Positions 8,837-20,373 of a stretch of 64,000 nt of DNA are shown here, piece by piece. Below the pieces are notes generated by a model. It saw only the letters and a program-made list of their open reading frames with translations, searched no databases and had not been told where the DNA came from. Within the stretch, counting starts at the first letter, position 1. Each line of letters begins with the position of its first letter. Origin of the DNA: Gammaproteobacteria bacterium (GTDB lineage Bacteria > Pseudomonadota > Gammaproteobacteria > GCA-001735895); contig JASJCI010000001.1 of the NCBI GenBank assembly GCA_030066085.1, positions 132,380 through 196,379 of the forward strand, written 5' to 3'. Position numbers and translations under genes: made by a program.

Positions 8837-10588
8837 ATGGATCTCAAAACACTGACTTATATCATCGTATTCGGCACCTTCGGCCTGTACTTTGCGATCG
8901 CCTGGTGGGCGCGGGCTGCCTCTACCAGCGATTTCTACGCCGCCGGCGGCGGCGTCGGACCCATCGCGAACGGCATGGCAATCGGCGCCGACTGGATGAG
9001 CGCCGCGTCCTTCATCTCGATGGCCGGCCTGATCGCGTTCCTCGGCTACGGCGGATCGGTTTTCCTGATGGGCTGGACCGGCGGCTACGTATTGCTCGCC
9101 ATGTGCCTGGCGCCCTACCTGCGTAAACACGGCAAATTCACCGTGCCGGAGTTTATCGGCGATCGCTATTACTCCGATACCGCGCGGATCGTTGCGGTAG
9201 TCTGCCTGATCATCGCGTCGGTGACCTACGTCATCGGCCAGATGAAAGGCGTCGGCGTTGCGTTCTCGCGCTTCCTCGAAGTCGAATACGGCATCGGCCT
9301 CGCGATCGGCATGGGCGTCGTCTGGGTTTACGCGGTGCTCGGCGGTATGAAGGGCATCACCTACACCCAGATCGCGCAGTACTGCGTCATGATCTTCGCC
9401 TACACGGTGCCGGCGGTCTTCATTTCGCTGCACCTGACCGGCAACCCGCTGCCGCAGCTCGGCCTCGGCAGCACGCTGGCCGACGGCAGCGGCGTATACC
9501 TGCTCGACAAGCTCGACCAGGTCGTCACCGATCTCGGCTTCAAGGAGTACACCACCGCGGTGCTCGGCAACGACATCAACATGTTTGCCTACACCCTGTC
9601 GCTGATGGTCGGTACCGCCGGCCTGCCGCACGTCATCATGCGTTTCTTTACCGTACCCTCGGTCAAGGCGGCGCGCGCCTCAGCCGGTTACGCGCTGGTG
9701 TTCATCGCGGCGCTGTACACGGTGGCCCCGGCGGTTGGCGCCATGGCGCGACTCAACCTGATGACCACGATCGAACCGGCCCCGGGCGAGAACCTGGCCT
9801 ACGAGCAGCGGCCGCAGTGGTTCAAGGACTGGGAAAAGACCGGCCTGCTGGTGTTCGAGGACAAGAACAACGACGGCAAGATCCAGTATGTCGCCGATCC
9901 GGACGCCAACGAAATGGTCAAGGTCGACCGCGACATCATGGTGCTGGCCAACCCGGCGATCGCTAACCTGCCCAACTGGGTCATCGCGCTGGTCGCCGCG
10001 GGTGGACTGGCCGCCGCGCTATCCACCGCGGCCGGACTGCTACTGGCGATATCCTCGGCCATTTCGCACGACCTGATGAAGGGTGTGCTGACACCGGACC
10101 TGTCGGAAAAGAACGAGCTATTGGCCGGCAGAATCGTGATGACAATCTCGATCCTGTTCGCCGGCTACCTCGGACTCAATCCACCGGGCTTCGCAGCCGG
10201 GACGGTCGCGCTGGCATTCGGACTTGCCGCGTCGTCGATCTTCCCGGCGTTGATGATGGGTATCTTTTCACGCAAAATCAGCGGCAAGGCCGCGGTCTGG
10301 GGCATGTGCGCCGGCATCGGCGTAACCATGCTGTACGTATTCCAGCACAAGGGCGTCATGTTCATTCCGGGCACGTCGTTCCTCGGCGACATGGAAGCCA
10401 ACTGGTTCTTCGGCATTTCGCCGAACGCCTTCGGTATCGTCGGTGCGATCGTCAACTTCGCGACCGCGTTCATCGTCGGCAGGATCACCGGCCCAGCGCC
10501 GGCGGAGATCCAGGCCATGGTGGACAACTTCCGCGAGCCGGGTGCGGCCGGGGGTACGCAGGAGCCCATACCCGCGCACGCGCACTAG
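8837..10588 (+). CDS. Sodium:solute symporter family (SSF/SLC5) permease, cation/acetate symporter ActP-like
   Basis: 583 aa with 13-14 predicted TM segments and typical SSF N-terminus (YFAIAWWARAASTSDFYAAGGGVGPIANGMAIGADWMSAASFISMAG). Confidence 0.85.
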   Translation: MDLKTLTYIIVFGTFGLYFAIAWWARAASTSDFYAAGGGVGPIANGMAIGADWMSAASFISMAGLIAFLGYGGSVFLMGWTGGYVLLAMCLAPYLRKHGKFTVPEFIGDRYYSDTARIVAVVCLIIASVTYVIGQMKGVGVAFSRFLEVEYGIGLAIGMGVVWVYAVLGGMKGITYTQIAQYCVMIFAYTVPAVFISLHLTGNPLPQLGLGSTLADGSGVYLLDKLDQVVTDLGFKEYTTAVLGNDINMFAYTLSLMVGTAGLPHVIMRFFTVPSVKAARASAGYALVFIAALYTVAPAVGAMARLNLMTTIEPAPGENLAYEQRPQWFKDWEKTGLLVFEDKNNDGKIQYVADPDANEMVKVDRDIMVLANPAIANLPNWVIALVAAGGLAAALSTAAGLLLAISSAISHDLMKGVLTPDLSEKNELLAGRIVMTISILFAGYLGLNPPGFAAGTVALAFGLAASSIFPALMMGIFSRKISGKAAVWGMCAGIGVTMLYVFQHKGVMFIPGTSFLGDMEANWFFGISPNAFGIVGAIVNFATAFIVGRITGPAPAEIQAMVDNFREPGAAGGTQEPIPAHAH

Positions 10589-10623
10589 ACGAAAACCCGT
10601 ATTTCGTTTGGTGATACCATGCA

Positions 10624-10650
10624 GAGGCCCCGCGAGGGGCCTCTTTTCTC
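10624..10650 (+). terminator. Rho-independent terminator (GAGGCCCC-GCGA-GGGGCCTC + TTTTCTC)
   Basis: Perfect 8-bp GC stem with 4-nt loop followed by a T-tract, 36 nt after the symporter stop. Confidence 0.6.
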
Positions 10651-10659
10651 GGCCCTGAC

Positions 10660-11103
10660 ATGAACAGAGATAAGAAAATCGCGTTGTTCCTGGCGCCCTT
10701 CCTGCTGATCGGCGGCTACGCCGCAACCGATCAATATCTCGATTCGCGCCAGGAGCCGACCGAATTGTTTCAACTGGAGACGAGCGGTGACTGCCGTCCG
10801 TTCGACGGCGACTGCATCCTGCAGTCCGGCGACGTACAGGTCAACGTCACCGACAGCGGCGGGCTCACCACGGTCAATTCGAGCTTTCCGGCCGACAGCG
10901 TCTCGCTGTCGCTGGTGTACCGTGACGGACGCGAAGTCATCTACGGACTCGACCGGCTCGACAATCCGCAGTACTGGCAGAAAGAAACCGCCATCCGCGA
11001 AGCCATCGCTGCTTCGCAGGCCGCCGATCGCCTGCGCATCGTGGTGCAGATCGAGGGCGGCCATTTCCTGGGGGAATTCAGCCCGATGTTACCGGTTCAG
11101 TAG
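10660..11103 (+). CDS. Hypothetical exported protein (signal peptide, no known domain)
   Basis: 147 aa. N-terminus MNRDKKIALFLAPFLLIGGYAA looks like a Sec signal or lipoprotein-like leader. Lies between the symporter and the DUF294 gene on the same strand. Confidence 0.5.
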   Translation: MNRDKKIALFLAPFLLIGGYAATDQYLDSRQEPTELFQLETSGDCRPFDGDCILQSGDVQVNVTDSGGLTTVNSSFPADSVSLSLVYRDGREVIYGLDRLDNPQYWQKETAIREAIAASQAADRLRIVVQIEGGHFLGEFSPMLPVQ

Positions 11104-11117
11104 GAGCAACAGCCGTC

Positions 11118-12974
11118 ATGGAAGTAGAACTTGTCGAGATTCGGGACTTCGTATCCCGGCACCATCCTTTCGATCTGCTGTCGATCGAACTGCTCAACGA
11201 GTTGACCGAAATGCTCGAAGCCCGCTACCTGCGGCGCGGCGAGAAGTTTCCGCCCCGGGATAACCGCAGGTCCCACCTGTACATGGTCCGCTCCGGCGCG
11301 ATCGAACTGCACGATGTCGACGATCAGTTTCTCGGCCGTCTCGGCGAGGGCGATCTCTACACGGCCCAATGCCGCCTGACCGGCAGCGACTATCGTTCCA
11401 ACCACCGCACCCTGGAAGACAGCCTGATTTACCAGGTCAGCTGCGACAACCTCAAAAGCCTGTGCGCGCGTGACCAGGAATTCTGCCAGTACTTCGAAGC
11501 GGGTACCGACGAACGAATGCGCCTGGCGGCCAGTTACTCGCCGGCCCAAACGGACGCCGACCTGTCCGGCATGACCGTCGAGATCGGCAAACTCATCCGG
11601 CGCGCACCGATCACGCTCGACATCGACAGCAGCATTCGCCAGGCCGCCGAAGTCATGACCGAACACAATGTTTCGTCGATGATGCTGACCCGGGAAGGCA
11701 AGCTCGCCGGCATCCTGACCGACCGCGACCTGCGCCGACGCTGCGTGGCCGCCGGGATCGACCTGTCGCTGCCGGTGAGCGAAGTCATGTCCGCCGACCC
11801 GATGACGATGCGCAGCGACGACCTGGTGCTCAACGCGCTGATGACGATGACGCGTTCGCACATCAACCACATCCCGGTGGTCGACGACGACGACATCGTC
11901 GGCATGCTGTCCGCCAGCGACCTGTCGCGGAGCAGCAGCGCAAACCCGGCCTACCTGAATACCAAGATACGCCGCGCGGCCTCGCTCGAAGAACTCAGGA
12001 TGATTTTACGGCGGCTGCCCGAACTGCAGCTGCTGCTGGCCAACACCGGGATCTCGGCGCGTCACATCGGCGAAACCATTTCCACCATGACCGATATGCT
12101 CACCACGCGCCTGATCGAACTCGCGCAAGCCGAAATCGGGCCGGAACCGGTGCCCTTCGTCTGGGTCTGCGGCGGCTCGCAGGCGCGCCACGAGCAAAGT
12201 TCGCACTCCGACCAGGACAACGCGATGATCCTGTCGGACGACGTCCGCGACGAACACCTGCCCTACTTCACCGAGCTCGCCAAGCGGGTTTGCGACGGGC
12301 TCGACGAATGCGGTTTCATCCACTGCCCCGGCGATGCGATGGCGATGAACGACCAGTGGCGACAGCCGCAGGCGGTCTGGCACGGATACTTTCGCGAGTG
12401 GATCGAAACACCCGAGCCGATGGCGCTGATGCTGGCGTGCATCTTTTTCGACTTGCGCCCGGTGCACGGCGATTTCCAGCTGCACCGCGAACTGCAGAAC
12501 CGGATGCTCGAAATGAGCCGCAACAACACCGTGTTCACCGCGCACATGGTCGGCAATGCACTCAAGCATCGCCCGCCGATCGGCTTCTTCCGCACCTTCG
12601 TGCTGATTCGCGACGGCGAAAACGACAATACCTTCGACATCAAGCACCGCGGCATCGTGCCGATCATCGACATCGCCCGGGTGCTGGCGCTGGCCGAGGG
12701 AATCCCGCGGGTCAACACCTGGGAGCGCCTGCAGGCGCTTGCCGGCACGCCTTCGATGAGCAGCGAGCTGTCGAGCAACCTGCTCGATGCTTTCGAATTC
12801 ATTTCCAACCTGCGAATTCGACACCAGGCCGCCCAGATCGGCAGCGGCGTCGCGGCGGATAATTTTCTGCCGCCCGACAGGCTGTCTTCGCTCGAGCGCA
12901 AGCACCTCAAGGATGCCTTCGACGTGATCAAGGACGCGCAGGATGCGCTCGGCAACCGCTACAAGCTGAGCTGA
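11118..12974 (+). CDS. Cyclic-nucleotide-binding / tandem CBS / DUF294 nucleotidyltransferase-domain signalling protein
   Basis: 618 aa with N-terminal cNMP-binding fold (RRGEKFPPRDNRRSHLYMVRSGAIEL), two CBS domains (...SSMMLTREGKLAGILTDRDL...; ...HIPVVDDDDIVGMLSASDL) and a nucleotidyltransferase-type middle domain (VWVCGGSQARHEQSSHSDQDNAMIL) plus C-terminal DUF294_C-like region. Confidence 0.8.
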   Translation: MEVELVEIRDFVSRHHPFDLLSIELLNELTEMLEARYLRRGEKFPPRDNRRSHLYMVRSGAIELHDVDDQFLGRLGEGDLYTAQCRLTGSDYRSNHRTLEDSLIYQVSCDNLKSLCARDQEFCQYFEAGTDERMRLAASYSPAQTDADLSGMTVEIGKLIRRAPITLDIDSSIRQAAEVMTEHNVSSMMLTREGKLAGILTDRDLRRRCVAAGIDLSLPVSEVMSADPMTMRSDDLVLNALMTMTRSHINHIPVVDDDDIVGMLSASDLSRSSSANPAYLNTKIRRAASLEELRMILRRLPELQLLLANTGISARHIGETISTMTDMLTTRLIELAQAEIGPEPVPFVWVCGGSQARHEQSSHSDQDNAMILSDDVRDEHLPYFTELAKRVCDGLDECGFIHCPGDAMAMNDQWRQPQAVWHGYFREWIETPEPMALMLACIFFDLRPVHGDFQLHRELQNRMLEMSRNNTVFTAHMVGNALKHRPPIGFFRTFVLIRDGENDNTFDIKHRGIVPIIDIARVLALAEGIPRVNTWERLQALAGTPSMSSELSSNLLDAFEFISNLRIRHQAAQIGSGVAADNFLPPDRLSSLERKHLKDAFDVIKDAQDALGNRYKLS

Positions 12975-12976
12975 GC

Positions 12977-13669
12977 GTGCTGGACCGATTTCGATCCTTT
13001 AACAAGCGTCGATCACGCGCGCTCGACCGGGCGACGCACCCGGTCATGCAGAAGTACCTGTCGAAACCTTTCCCGGAGGAACGCGACGACTGGCAATCGA
13101 CACAAATCGTGGCGCTGGACTTCGAGACCACCGGGCTGGATCCCGCGCGCGACCAGTTGCTGAGCTACGGCTGTATCGATATCGATCGCGGCTCGATTCG
13201 TTTCGGCAGCGCGGTCCACGAGTACATCCGCAGCGACAGCCCGTTGCCCGCATCGTCGGTGGTCATCCACCACATCACCGACGATACGGCACGCGCGGGC
13301 CGGCCGTTGAAACAGGTCCTGCCGCAGCTGCTCGAACGCCTCAGCGGCAAGCTGCTGCTGGCGCACTACAAACGCATCGAGCTGGGCTTTCTCGATACGG
13401 TTTGCCGGGCCTGCTACGGATCGCCGTTCATCATCCCGACCATCGATACGCTGGAACTCGCCCAGCGCGTGCTGGGACCGCAGGACGACCGCGCCGGCGC
13501 CAGCCAGCTGCGCCTGTTCAACCTGCGCGACCGCTACGGCCTGCCACAATACAGCGCGCACGACGCCCTCTACGATGCGATTACCACCGCCGAGCTCTTG
13601 CTGGTACTGGCGGCCGAACTGTCGCCGAAATCGAGCCTGCGCGTCGGCGATTTACTGACCCGCAGGTAA
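12977..13669 (+). CDS. DEDDh 3'-5' exonuclease (DnaQ/DNA Pol III epsilon-like)
   Basis: 230 aa from a GTG start. Exo I motif VALDFETTGLDP, Exo II HHITDD-like, Exo III YSAHDALYDAITTAELLL. Its GTG start overlaps the DUF294 gene stop context (2-nt gap). Confidence 0.8.
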   Translation: MLDRFRSFNKRRSRALDRATHPVMQKYLSKPFPEERDDWQSTQIVALDFETTGLDPARDQLLSYGCIDIDRGSIRFGSAVHEYIRSDSPLPASSVVIHHITDDTARAGRPLKQVLPQLLERLSGKLLLAHYKRIELGFLDTVCRACYGSPFIIPTIDTLELAQRVLGPQDDRAGASQLRLFNLRDRYGLPQYSAHDALYDAITTAELLLVLAAELSPKSSLRVGDLLTRR

Positions 13670-13691
13670 CAACCGGCCGCTGCCGACAGGC

Positions 13692-13717
13692 AAAAAAAAG
13701 CCCCGCAGCAGCGGGGC
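13692..13717 (-). terminator. Rho-independent terminator for acs (GCCCCGC-TGCT-GCGGGGC followed by T8 on minus strand); hairpin shared with convergent exonuclease gene
   Basis: Plus strand reads A8-GCCCCGCAGCAGCGGGGC. On the minus strand the hairpin is followed by eight T residues, 25 nt after the acs stop. Confidence 0.6.
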
Positions 13718-13741
13718 TCTGTTCGTACCGGTCGTGACCGC

Positions 13742-15688
<1,947 letters not shown>

Positions 15689-15767
15689 GCTGTCTTCCTC
15701 GATTAGAATTATTCGGCTTTTTGCGGGTTCTCAATGCTTACACAATCGCTGTCGGGCGACAAGCAGC

Positions 15768-15783
15768 CTGGCCCGCGCATCGC
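15768..15783 (+). promoter_or_regulatory. Candidate sigma-54 promoter TGGCCCGCGCATCGCC upstream of cbrX/cbrA-like genes
   Basis: GG-N10-GC spacing with one mismatch in the -24 element. Resembles the motif at 8421. Lies about 110 nt upstream of ATG 15896. Low confidence. Confidence 0.2.
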
Positions 15784-15895
15784 CGGCACCGCCGCTGCTT
15801 AATTGATCGATGTCAATAGGCAAGTCACGGCAATTGACGCCAGCGTCACTATAGGTAACACTTTTGCCCCGAACCTGGTAACCAGGGGTAACACC

Positions 15896-16096
15896 ATGTC
15901 GCTGTTTTCGAGCGATTTGCGCCCAACCGAAATCACGATCGTCGTGCTGCTGATTGCGCTGCTGGTCCTGCTGCCGCCCCTGTTACGGCTGTGGATTACG
16001 GTCGACGTACCCTGGTTTACGCCCTACCTCGTGTGGGCCGCAATCATTGCGCTCGCCTACTGGCTGCAGCGTTTGCTGAGCCGACATGCAGTTTGA
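15896..16096 (+). CDS. Small membrane protein, CbrX-like leader ORF translationally coupled to the sensor kinase
   Basis: 66 aa from ATG 15896 (MSLFSSDLRPTEITIVVLLIALLVLLPPLLRLWITVDVPWFTPYLVWAAIIALAYWLQ...) with two hydrophobic helices and RBS AGGGG 8 nt upstream. Its stop TGA 16094-16096 overlaps the ATG 16086 of the kinase. Confidence 0.5.
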   Translation: MSLFSSDLRPTEITIVVLLIALLVLLPPLLRLWITVDVPWFTPYLVWAAIIALAYWLQRLLSRHAV

Positions 16097-19019
16097 GCTC
16101 TGGCAGCTGTTTGTCGTCGGGGTGCTCTACCTCGGCCTGCTGTTCATCATCGCCACCGCCACCGACCGCGGCTGGATACCCAAGTCGCTGGCCGGTCACC
16201 CGCTGGTCTACTCGCTATCGATCGGCGTTTATGCCACCTCCTGGACATTTTACGGCAGCGTCGGATTCGCGCAAAAAGAGGGTTTCAGTTACCTCACCAT
16301 ATATCTCGGTGCGACGCTGGCCTTCGTCGCCACCCCGATCCTGCTGCGCCCGATCCTGAAGCTGACCCATACCTATCGCCTCGCTTCGCTGGCCGACCTG
16401 TTCGCGTTTCGCTACAACAGCCAGGCCGCCGGCGTGCTGGTCACGCTGCTGGTGCTGACCGGCACCCTGCCCTACATGTCGCTGCAGATCCAGGCCGTCA
16501 CCAATACCCTGCAGCTGATGACCAGCGAAACCCAGCAACAGCTTATCGCGTTGATGTTCTGCATCATGATCGGTATGTTTTCGATCCTGTTTGGCACCCG
16601 CCACATCGCGCTGCGCGAAAAACACCGCGGCCTGGTGGTCGCGATTGCGTTCGAATCGCTGGTCAAACTGTTTACCCTGATGAGTGTCGGCCTGTTCGCG
16701 GTGTTCGGTATCTTTGGCGGATTCGGCGAACTCGGCCGCTTTCTGCAGGAAAACCCCGAGGCCCACGAAGCCCTGTTTGCCCCGGTACACGAAGGCCCCT
16801 GGGCCACCCTGCTGCTGCTGTCCTTCGCCGCGGCCTTCCTGCTGCCGCGCCAGTTTCACATGATTTTTGTCGAAAACATCCGCGAAAAGAACATCATGAC
16901 GGCGAGCTGGGCCTTTCCGCTGTTCCTGCTGCTGCTCAACCTGTCGATTCCGCCAATCCTGTGGGCCGGCCAGGCCAGGCAACTGACCATTCCCGCGGAT
17001 TTTTACGTGCTCGGCATCACGCTGGAAAGCGGTTCGACGTTGCTGCCGATCCTGACCTTCATGGGCGGCCTGTCCGCCGCCAGCGCGATGATCATCGTCA
17101 CCACGCTGGCGCTGTCGTCGATGTGCATGAACCACTTCGTGCTGCCGGCGAGTTTCCCGCCCAAGCTCAAGGGCGGCACCAACATGTACGAGTGGCTGAT
17201 CTGGGGCCGGCGTTTCGTCATCATGTCGATCATCGGCATCGGTTACGCGTTCTACCTGATCCAGGAGCAGAATCCCGGGCTGGCCGGACTGGGCCTGATT
17301 GCGTTCGTTGCCGTGGCGCAGTGCCTGCCGGGCATCCTGGGCCTGCTCTACTGGCCGCGCGCCAACCGCAAGGGTTTCATCGCCGGCCTGCTGGTCGGCG
17401 CGACGGTCTGGGCGCTGACGCTGTTCGTACCCCTGTTCGAGCGTGCCGGTATCATCGAAACCCTGTTCTTCACCATCCCGGAACTGTCGATGAGCACGAC
17501 AGACGCCGCGCTCTGGTCACTGACACTGAACAGCCTGACCTTCGTCATCGTATCCTTGCTGACGCGCCAGTCGCTGGAGGAACGCGAGGTCGCCGACGCC
17601 TGCAGCCGGGAGATCTACCTGATTCCGCACGGTGAGGTCAAGGCCGCATCGATCGCAGAGATCGAGCAACAGCTGGGGGCGATCGTGGGCGACGATATAG
17701 CGCGGACCGAGGTCGACCGGGCGCTGGCGGATCTCGGCCTGGTGCGCGGAGAGGTGACCCAGGCTGACCTCGCAAGGCTGCGGGCGCAGATTGATCGCAA
17801 CCTTTCCGGCCTGGTCGGTCCCGTACTGGCGCGGATGATCGTCAACGAACACCTGCAGATCGACCGCGCAACCAAGTCAGCGCTGGCCGACACCATACAC
17901 TTTGCCGAAAACAGCCAGGAAAAGTCCCGCAGCGAACTGCGCGGCGTCTCGAGCGAGCTGGACATCCTGCGCCGTTTTCACCAGCAGGTGCTGCAGGACC
18001 TTCCGCTCGGCGTGGTCTCGATCGATGACCAGGGGCGCATCGTCAGCTGGAACAAGCAGCTCGGCCAGATGACCGGTATCGACGAGGCACGGGCGGTCGG
18101 CGGCACGATCGATCAGCTCGACCGCCCCTGGGACGACCTGCTGGCCGGATTCGTCGCCAGCGACGATTTCCTGATCAACAAGCTCAAGATTCCGGTCGCG
18201 GGTCAGCTGCGGGTATTCAACCTGTTCAAGGCGGTAGTCAGCGAGGACCGCGAAAACCGTGGCGGCATCGCAATCCTGATCGAGGATCACAGCGAACGGT
18301 ATTCACTCGAGGAAAAACTCGCGCACAGCGAACGCCTCGCGTCGATAGGCCAGCTTGCCACCGGCGTGGCGCACGAAATCGGCAACCCGGTGACCGGTAT
18401 TGCCTGCCTCGCGCAGGATCTGCGCACCGACCTCGACTCTCCCCTGGCGGACGAAGGCCTCGATCGCATCCTCACCCAGACCGATCGCATCGCGCGCATC
18501 GTCGGTTCGCTGTCGAACTACAGCCACGCCGGCGCGCCCGACGAGCACCCGGCCGATGCCGTCGATATCAACCAGGTCGTCGAGGAAGCGATCAACCTGG
18601 TGTCGTTGAGTCATGCCGGCAAGCAGATGTCCTTCGACAATCGCTGCCTGCCCGGCCTCGCCGTCACCGGTTACGCACAGAAACTGGTGCAGGTGTTCGT
18701 CAACCTGCTGACAAACGCCACCGATGCTTCCGAGCCCGGGCAGACGATCGTGATCGAATCGGTCGAGTCAGCCGGTGAACTGCGACTGGCCGTCATCGAT
18801 GAAGGCAAGGGTATAGAAGACGAGCACCTGCCGAGAATCTTCGAGCCATTCTTCACCACCAAGACGGTAGGCGAAGGCACCGGCCTCGGCCTGTCGCTCA
18901 CCTACAATATCCTGCAGGAGCACGGCGGATCCATATCGGTAAGCAAAAATCGAGCACGCGGCTGCCGTTTCGAAATCGTACTGCCAGCCATCGATCTGAC
19001 CCGGGTGGCGCAGGCATGA
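16086..19019 (+). CDS. CbrA-like hybrid sensor histidine kinase with N-terminal SSF/SLC5 transporter domain
   Basis: 977 aa. About 500 aa of 13-TM SSF-type permease, then PAS ([23 protein letters not shown]), H-box ([21 protein letters not shown]) and HATPase ([10 protein letters not shown]...GTGLGLSL). No receiver domain, so the architecture is CbrA-type rather than CrbS-type. Confidence 0.85.
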   Translation: MQFELWQLFVVGVLYLGLLFIIATATDRGWIPKSLAGHPLVYSLSIGVYATSWTFYGSVGFAQKEGFSYLTIYLGATLAFVATPILLRPILKLTHTYRLASLADLFAFRYNSQAAGVLVTLLVLTGTLPYMSLQIQAVTNTLQLMTSETQQQLIALMFCIMIGMFSILFGTRHIALREKHRGLVVAIAFESLVKLFTLMSVGLFAVFGIFGGFGELGRFLQENPEAHEALFAPVHEGPWATLLLLSFAAAFLLPRQFHMIFVENIREKNIMTASWAFPLFLLLLNLSIPPILWAGQARQLTIPADFYVLGITLESGSTLLPILTFMGGLSAASAMIIVTTLALSSMCMNHFVLPASFPPKLKGGTNMYEWLIWGRRFVIMSIIGIGYAFYLIQEQNPGLAGLGLIAFVAVAQCLPGILGLLYWPRANRKGFIAGLLVGATVWALTLFVPLFERAGIIETLFFTIPELSMSTTDAALWSLTLNSLTFVIVSLLTRQSLEEREVADACSREIYLIPHGEVKAASIAEIEQQLGAIVGDDIARTEVDRALADLGLVRGEVTQADLARLRAQIDRNLSGLVGPVLARMIVNEHLQIDRATKSALADTIHFAENSQEKSRSELRGVSSELDILRRFHQQVLQDLPLGVVSIDDQGRIVSWNKQLGQMTGIDEARAVGGTIDQLDRPWDDLLAGFVASDDFLINKLKIPVAGQLRVFNLFKAVVSEDRENRGGIAILIEDHSERYSLEEKLAHSERLASIGQLATGVAHEIGNPVTGIACLAQDLRTDLDSPLADEGLDRILTQTDRIARIVGSLSNYSHAGAPDEHPADAVDINQVVEEAINLVSLSHAGKQMSFDNRCLPGLAVTGYAQKLVQVFVNLLTNATDASEPGQTIVIESVESAGELRLAVIDEGKGIEDEHLPRIFEPFFTTKTVGEGTGLGLSLTYNILQEHGGSISVSKNRARGCRFEIVLPAIDLTRVAQA

Positions 19020-20353
19020 GCAGCATTCTCGTCGTCGAGGACGAACCCATCATCCAGGAAAGCCTGGTTCGCCTGTTACGCCGCCAGGGACACGATGTCA
19101 CCGGGGTCGCGTCGGTGGCCGAGGCCGAGGAGAAATCGATCAATACCTACGACCTGATCATCTCCGACCTGCGCCTGCCGGGCGAGCCCGGTACCGAGCT
19201 GATCGGTCGCGCTGCACCTACCCCGGTGCTGATCATGACCAGCTACTCGACCGTGCAGTCGGCGGTGGAAGCAATGAAACAGGGCGCGGTCGATTATATC
19301 GCCAAACCTTTCAATCACGACGAGATGATCCTGACCGTCAAACGGATCCTGGAAAACTCGAACGTGGAGCAGCAAAACACTCTCCTCAAGGGCGAAATCG
19401 CGCGCAACTATCCAATCGACGGCATGATCGCCGAATGCGATGCAATGCTCGATATCGTCGCGCGAATTCGGCGCGTTGCCGCGACCGACAGCACGGTGCT
19501 GATCCAGGGCGAGACCGGCACTGGCAAGGAGCTGGCAGCGCGCGCAATCCACTCACAAAGCCAGCGACGGACGCAGGCGCTGGTACCGGTCAATTGCGCC
19601 GCTTTTGCCGAAAGCCAGGTCGAATCGGAGTTGTTCGGACACGAGCGCGGCGCCTTTACCGGTGCGCTGGAAATGAAAAAAGGCCTGGTAGAGGCAGCCA
19701 ACGGCGCCACCCTGTTTCTCGACGAGATCGGCGAACTTTCGCTGGACGCGCAGGCGCGGCTGCTCAATGTACTGGAACAGGGCGAGATCCGCCGCGTCGG
19801 ATCCAACAAGCTAACCCGGATCGATGTGCGTGTACTCGCCGCGACCCACAAGAACCTCCGCCAGATGGTCGAAGCCGGCAGTTTTCGCGAAGACCTGTTC
19901 TACCGTCTGAACGTGGTCGAGATTACCCTGCCGCCGCTGCGCGAGCGCGGCCGCGACATTCACCTGCTGGCGGACGCGATCCTGACCAAGATGGCACAAA
20001 GGATCCACCGCAAGCCCATGGCCTTCGACGACGAGGCTTACGCGCAGTTGACCGCCTACGCCTGGCCCGGTAACGTGCGCGAACTCGAAAACGTGATCGA
20101 ACGCGCCGTCATCGTGTCGCAGGACGATGTCATCGAGGCCGCGGAACTGGCGCTCAACAATGTCGAAACCGCGAGCCAGCTGCCGCTCTACGAGCTCGAG
20201 AACCGACTGTCGCTGGACGAGTATTTCGTCAGCTTCGTCAAGAAGTATCAGCCCCAGTACAATGAAACCGAGCTTGCGCGCATGCTCGGGATCAGCCGCA
20301 AGAACCTGTGGGAAAAGCGGCAGCGCCTCGATATCCCGGCGCGCAAACAATAA
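19016..20353 (+). CDS. Sigma-54-dependent (NtrC-family) response regulator, CbrB-like
   Basis: 445 aa with receiver (ILVVEDEPIIQESL...DLIISDLRLPGEPG), AAA+ sigma-54 activator core (GETGTGKELAARAIH..., GAFTGA, ESELFGHE) and C-terminal HTH. Start overlaps the kinase stop (ATGA). Confidence 0.85.
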   Translation: MSSILVVEDEPIIQESLVRLLRRQGHDVTGVASVAEAEEKSINTYDLIISDLRLPGEPGTELIGRAAPTPVLIMTSYSTVQSAVEAMKQGAVDYIAKPFNHDEMILTVKRILENSNVEQQNTLLKGEIARNYPIDGMIAECDAMLDIVARIRRVAATDSTVLIQGETGTGKELAARAIHSQSQRRTQALVPVNCAAFAESQVESELFGHERGAFTGALEMKKGLVEAANGATLFLDEIGELSLDAQARLLNVLEQGEIRRVGSNKLTRIDVRVLAATHKNLRQMVEAGSFREDLFYRLNVVEITLPPLRERGRDIHLLADAILTKMAQRIHRKPMAFDDEAYAQLTAYAWPGNVRELENVIERAVIVSQDDVIEAAELALNNVETASQLPLYELENRLSLDEYFVSFVKKYQPQYNETELARMLGISRKNLWEKRQRLDIPARKQ

Positions 20354-20373
20354 CCCTTCGGCCCAGGACTCGA

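Noticed and set aside
16215-17135. 306-aa ORF antisense to the cbrA-like gene, and other long antisense ORFs (25208-26536, 27597-28865, 30409-32079, 38368-39237, 40734-41984, 42325-43131, 43394-44614, 52398-53438, 54143-55333, 61321-62409)
   Set aside because: All lie opposite strongly supported genes (TPR-like, aceA, prpE-like, MFS, MATE, SBPs, flavoprotein, MttB). They have R/G/D/H-rich low-complexity translations, so they are GC-skew artefacts.
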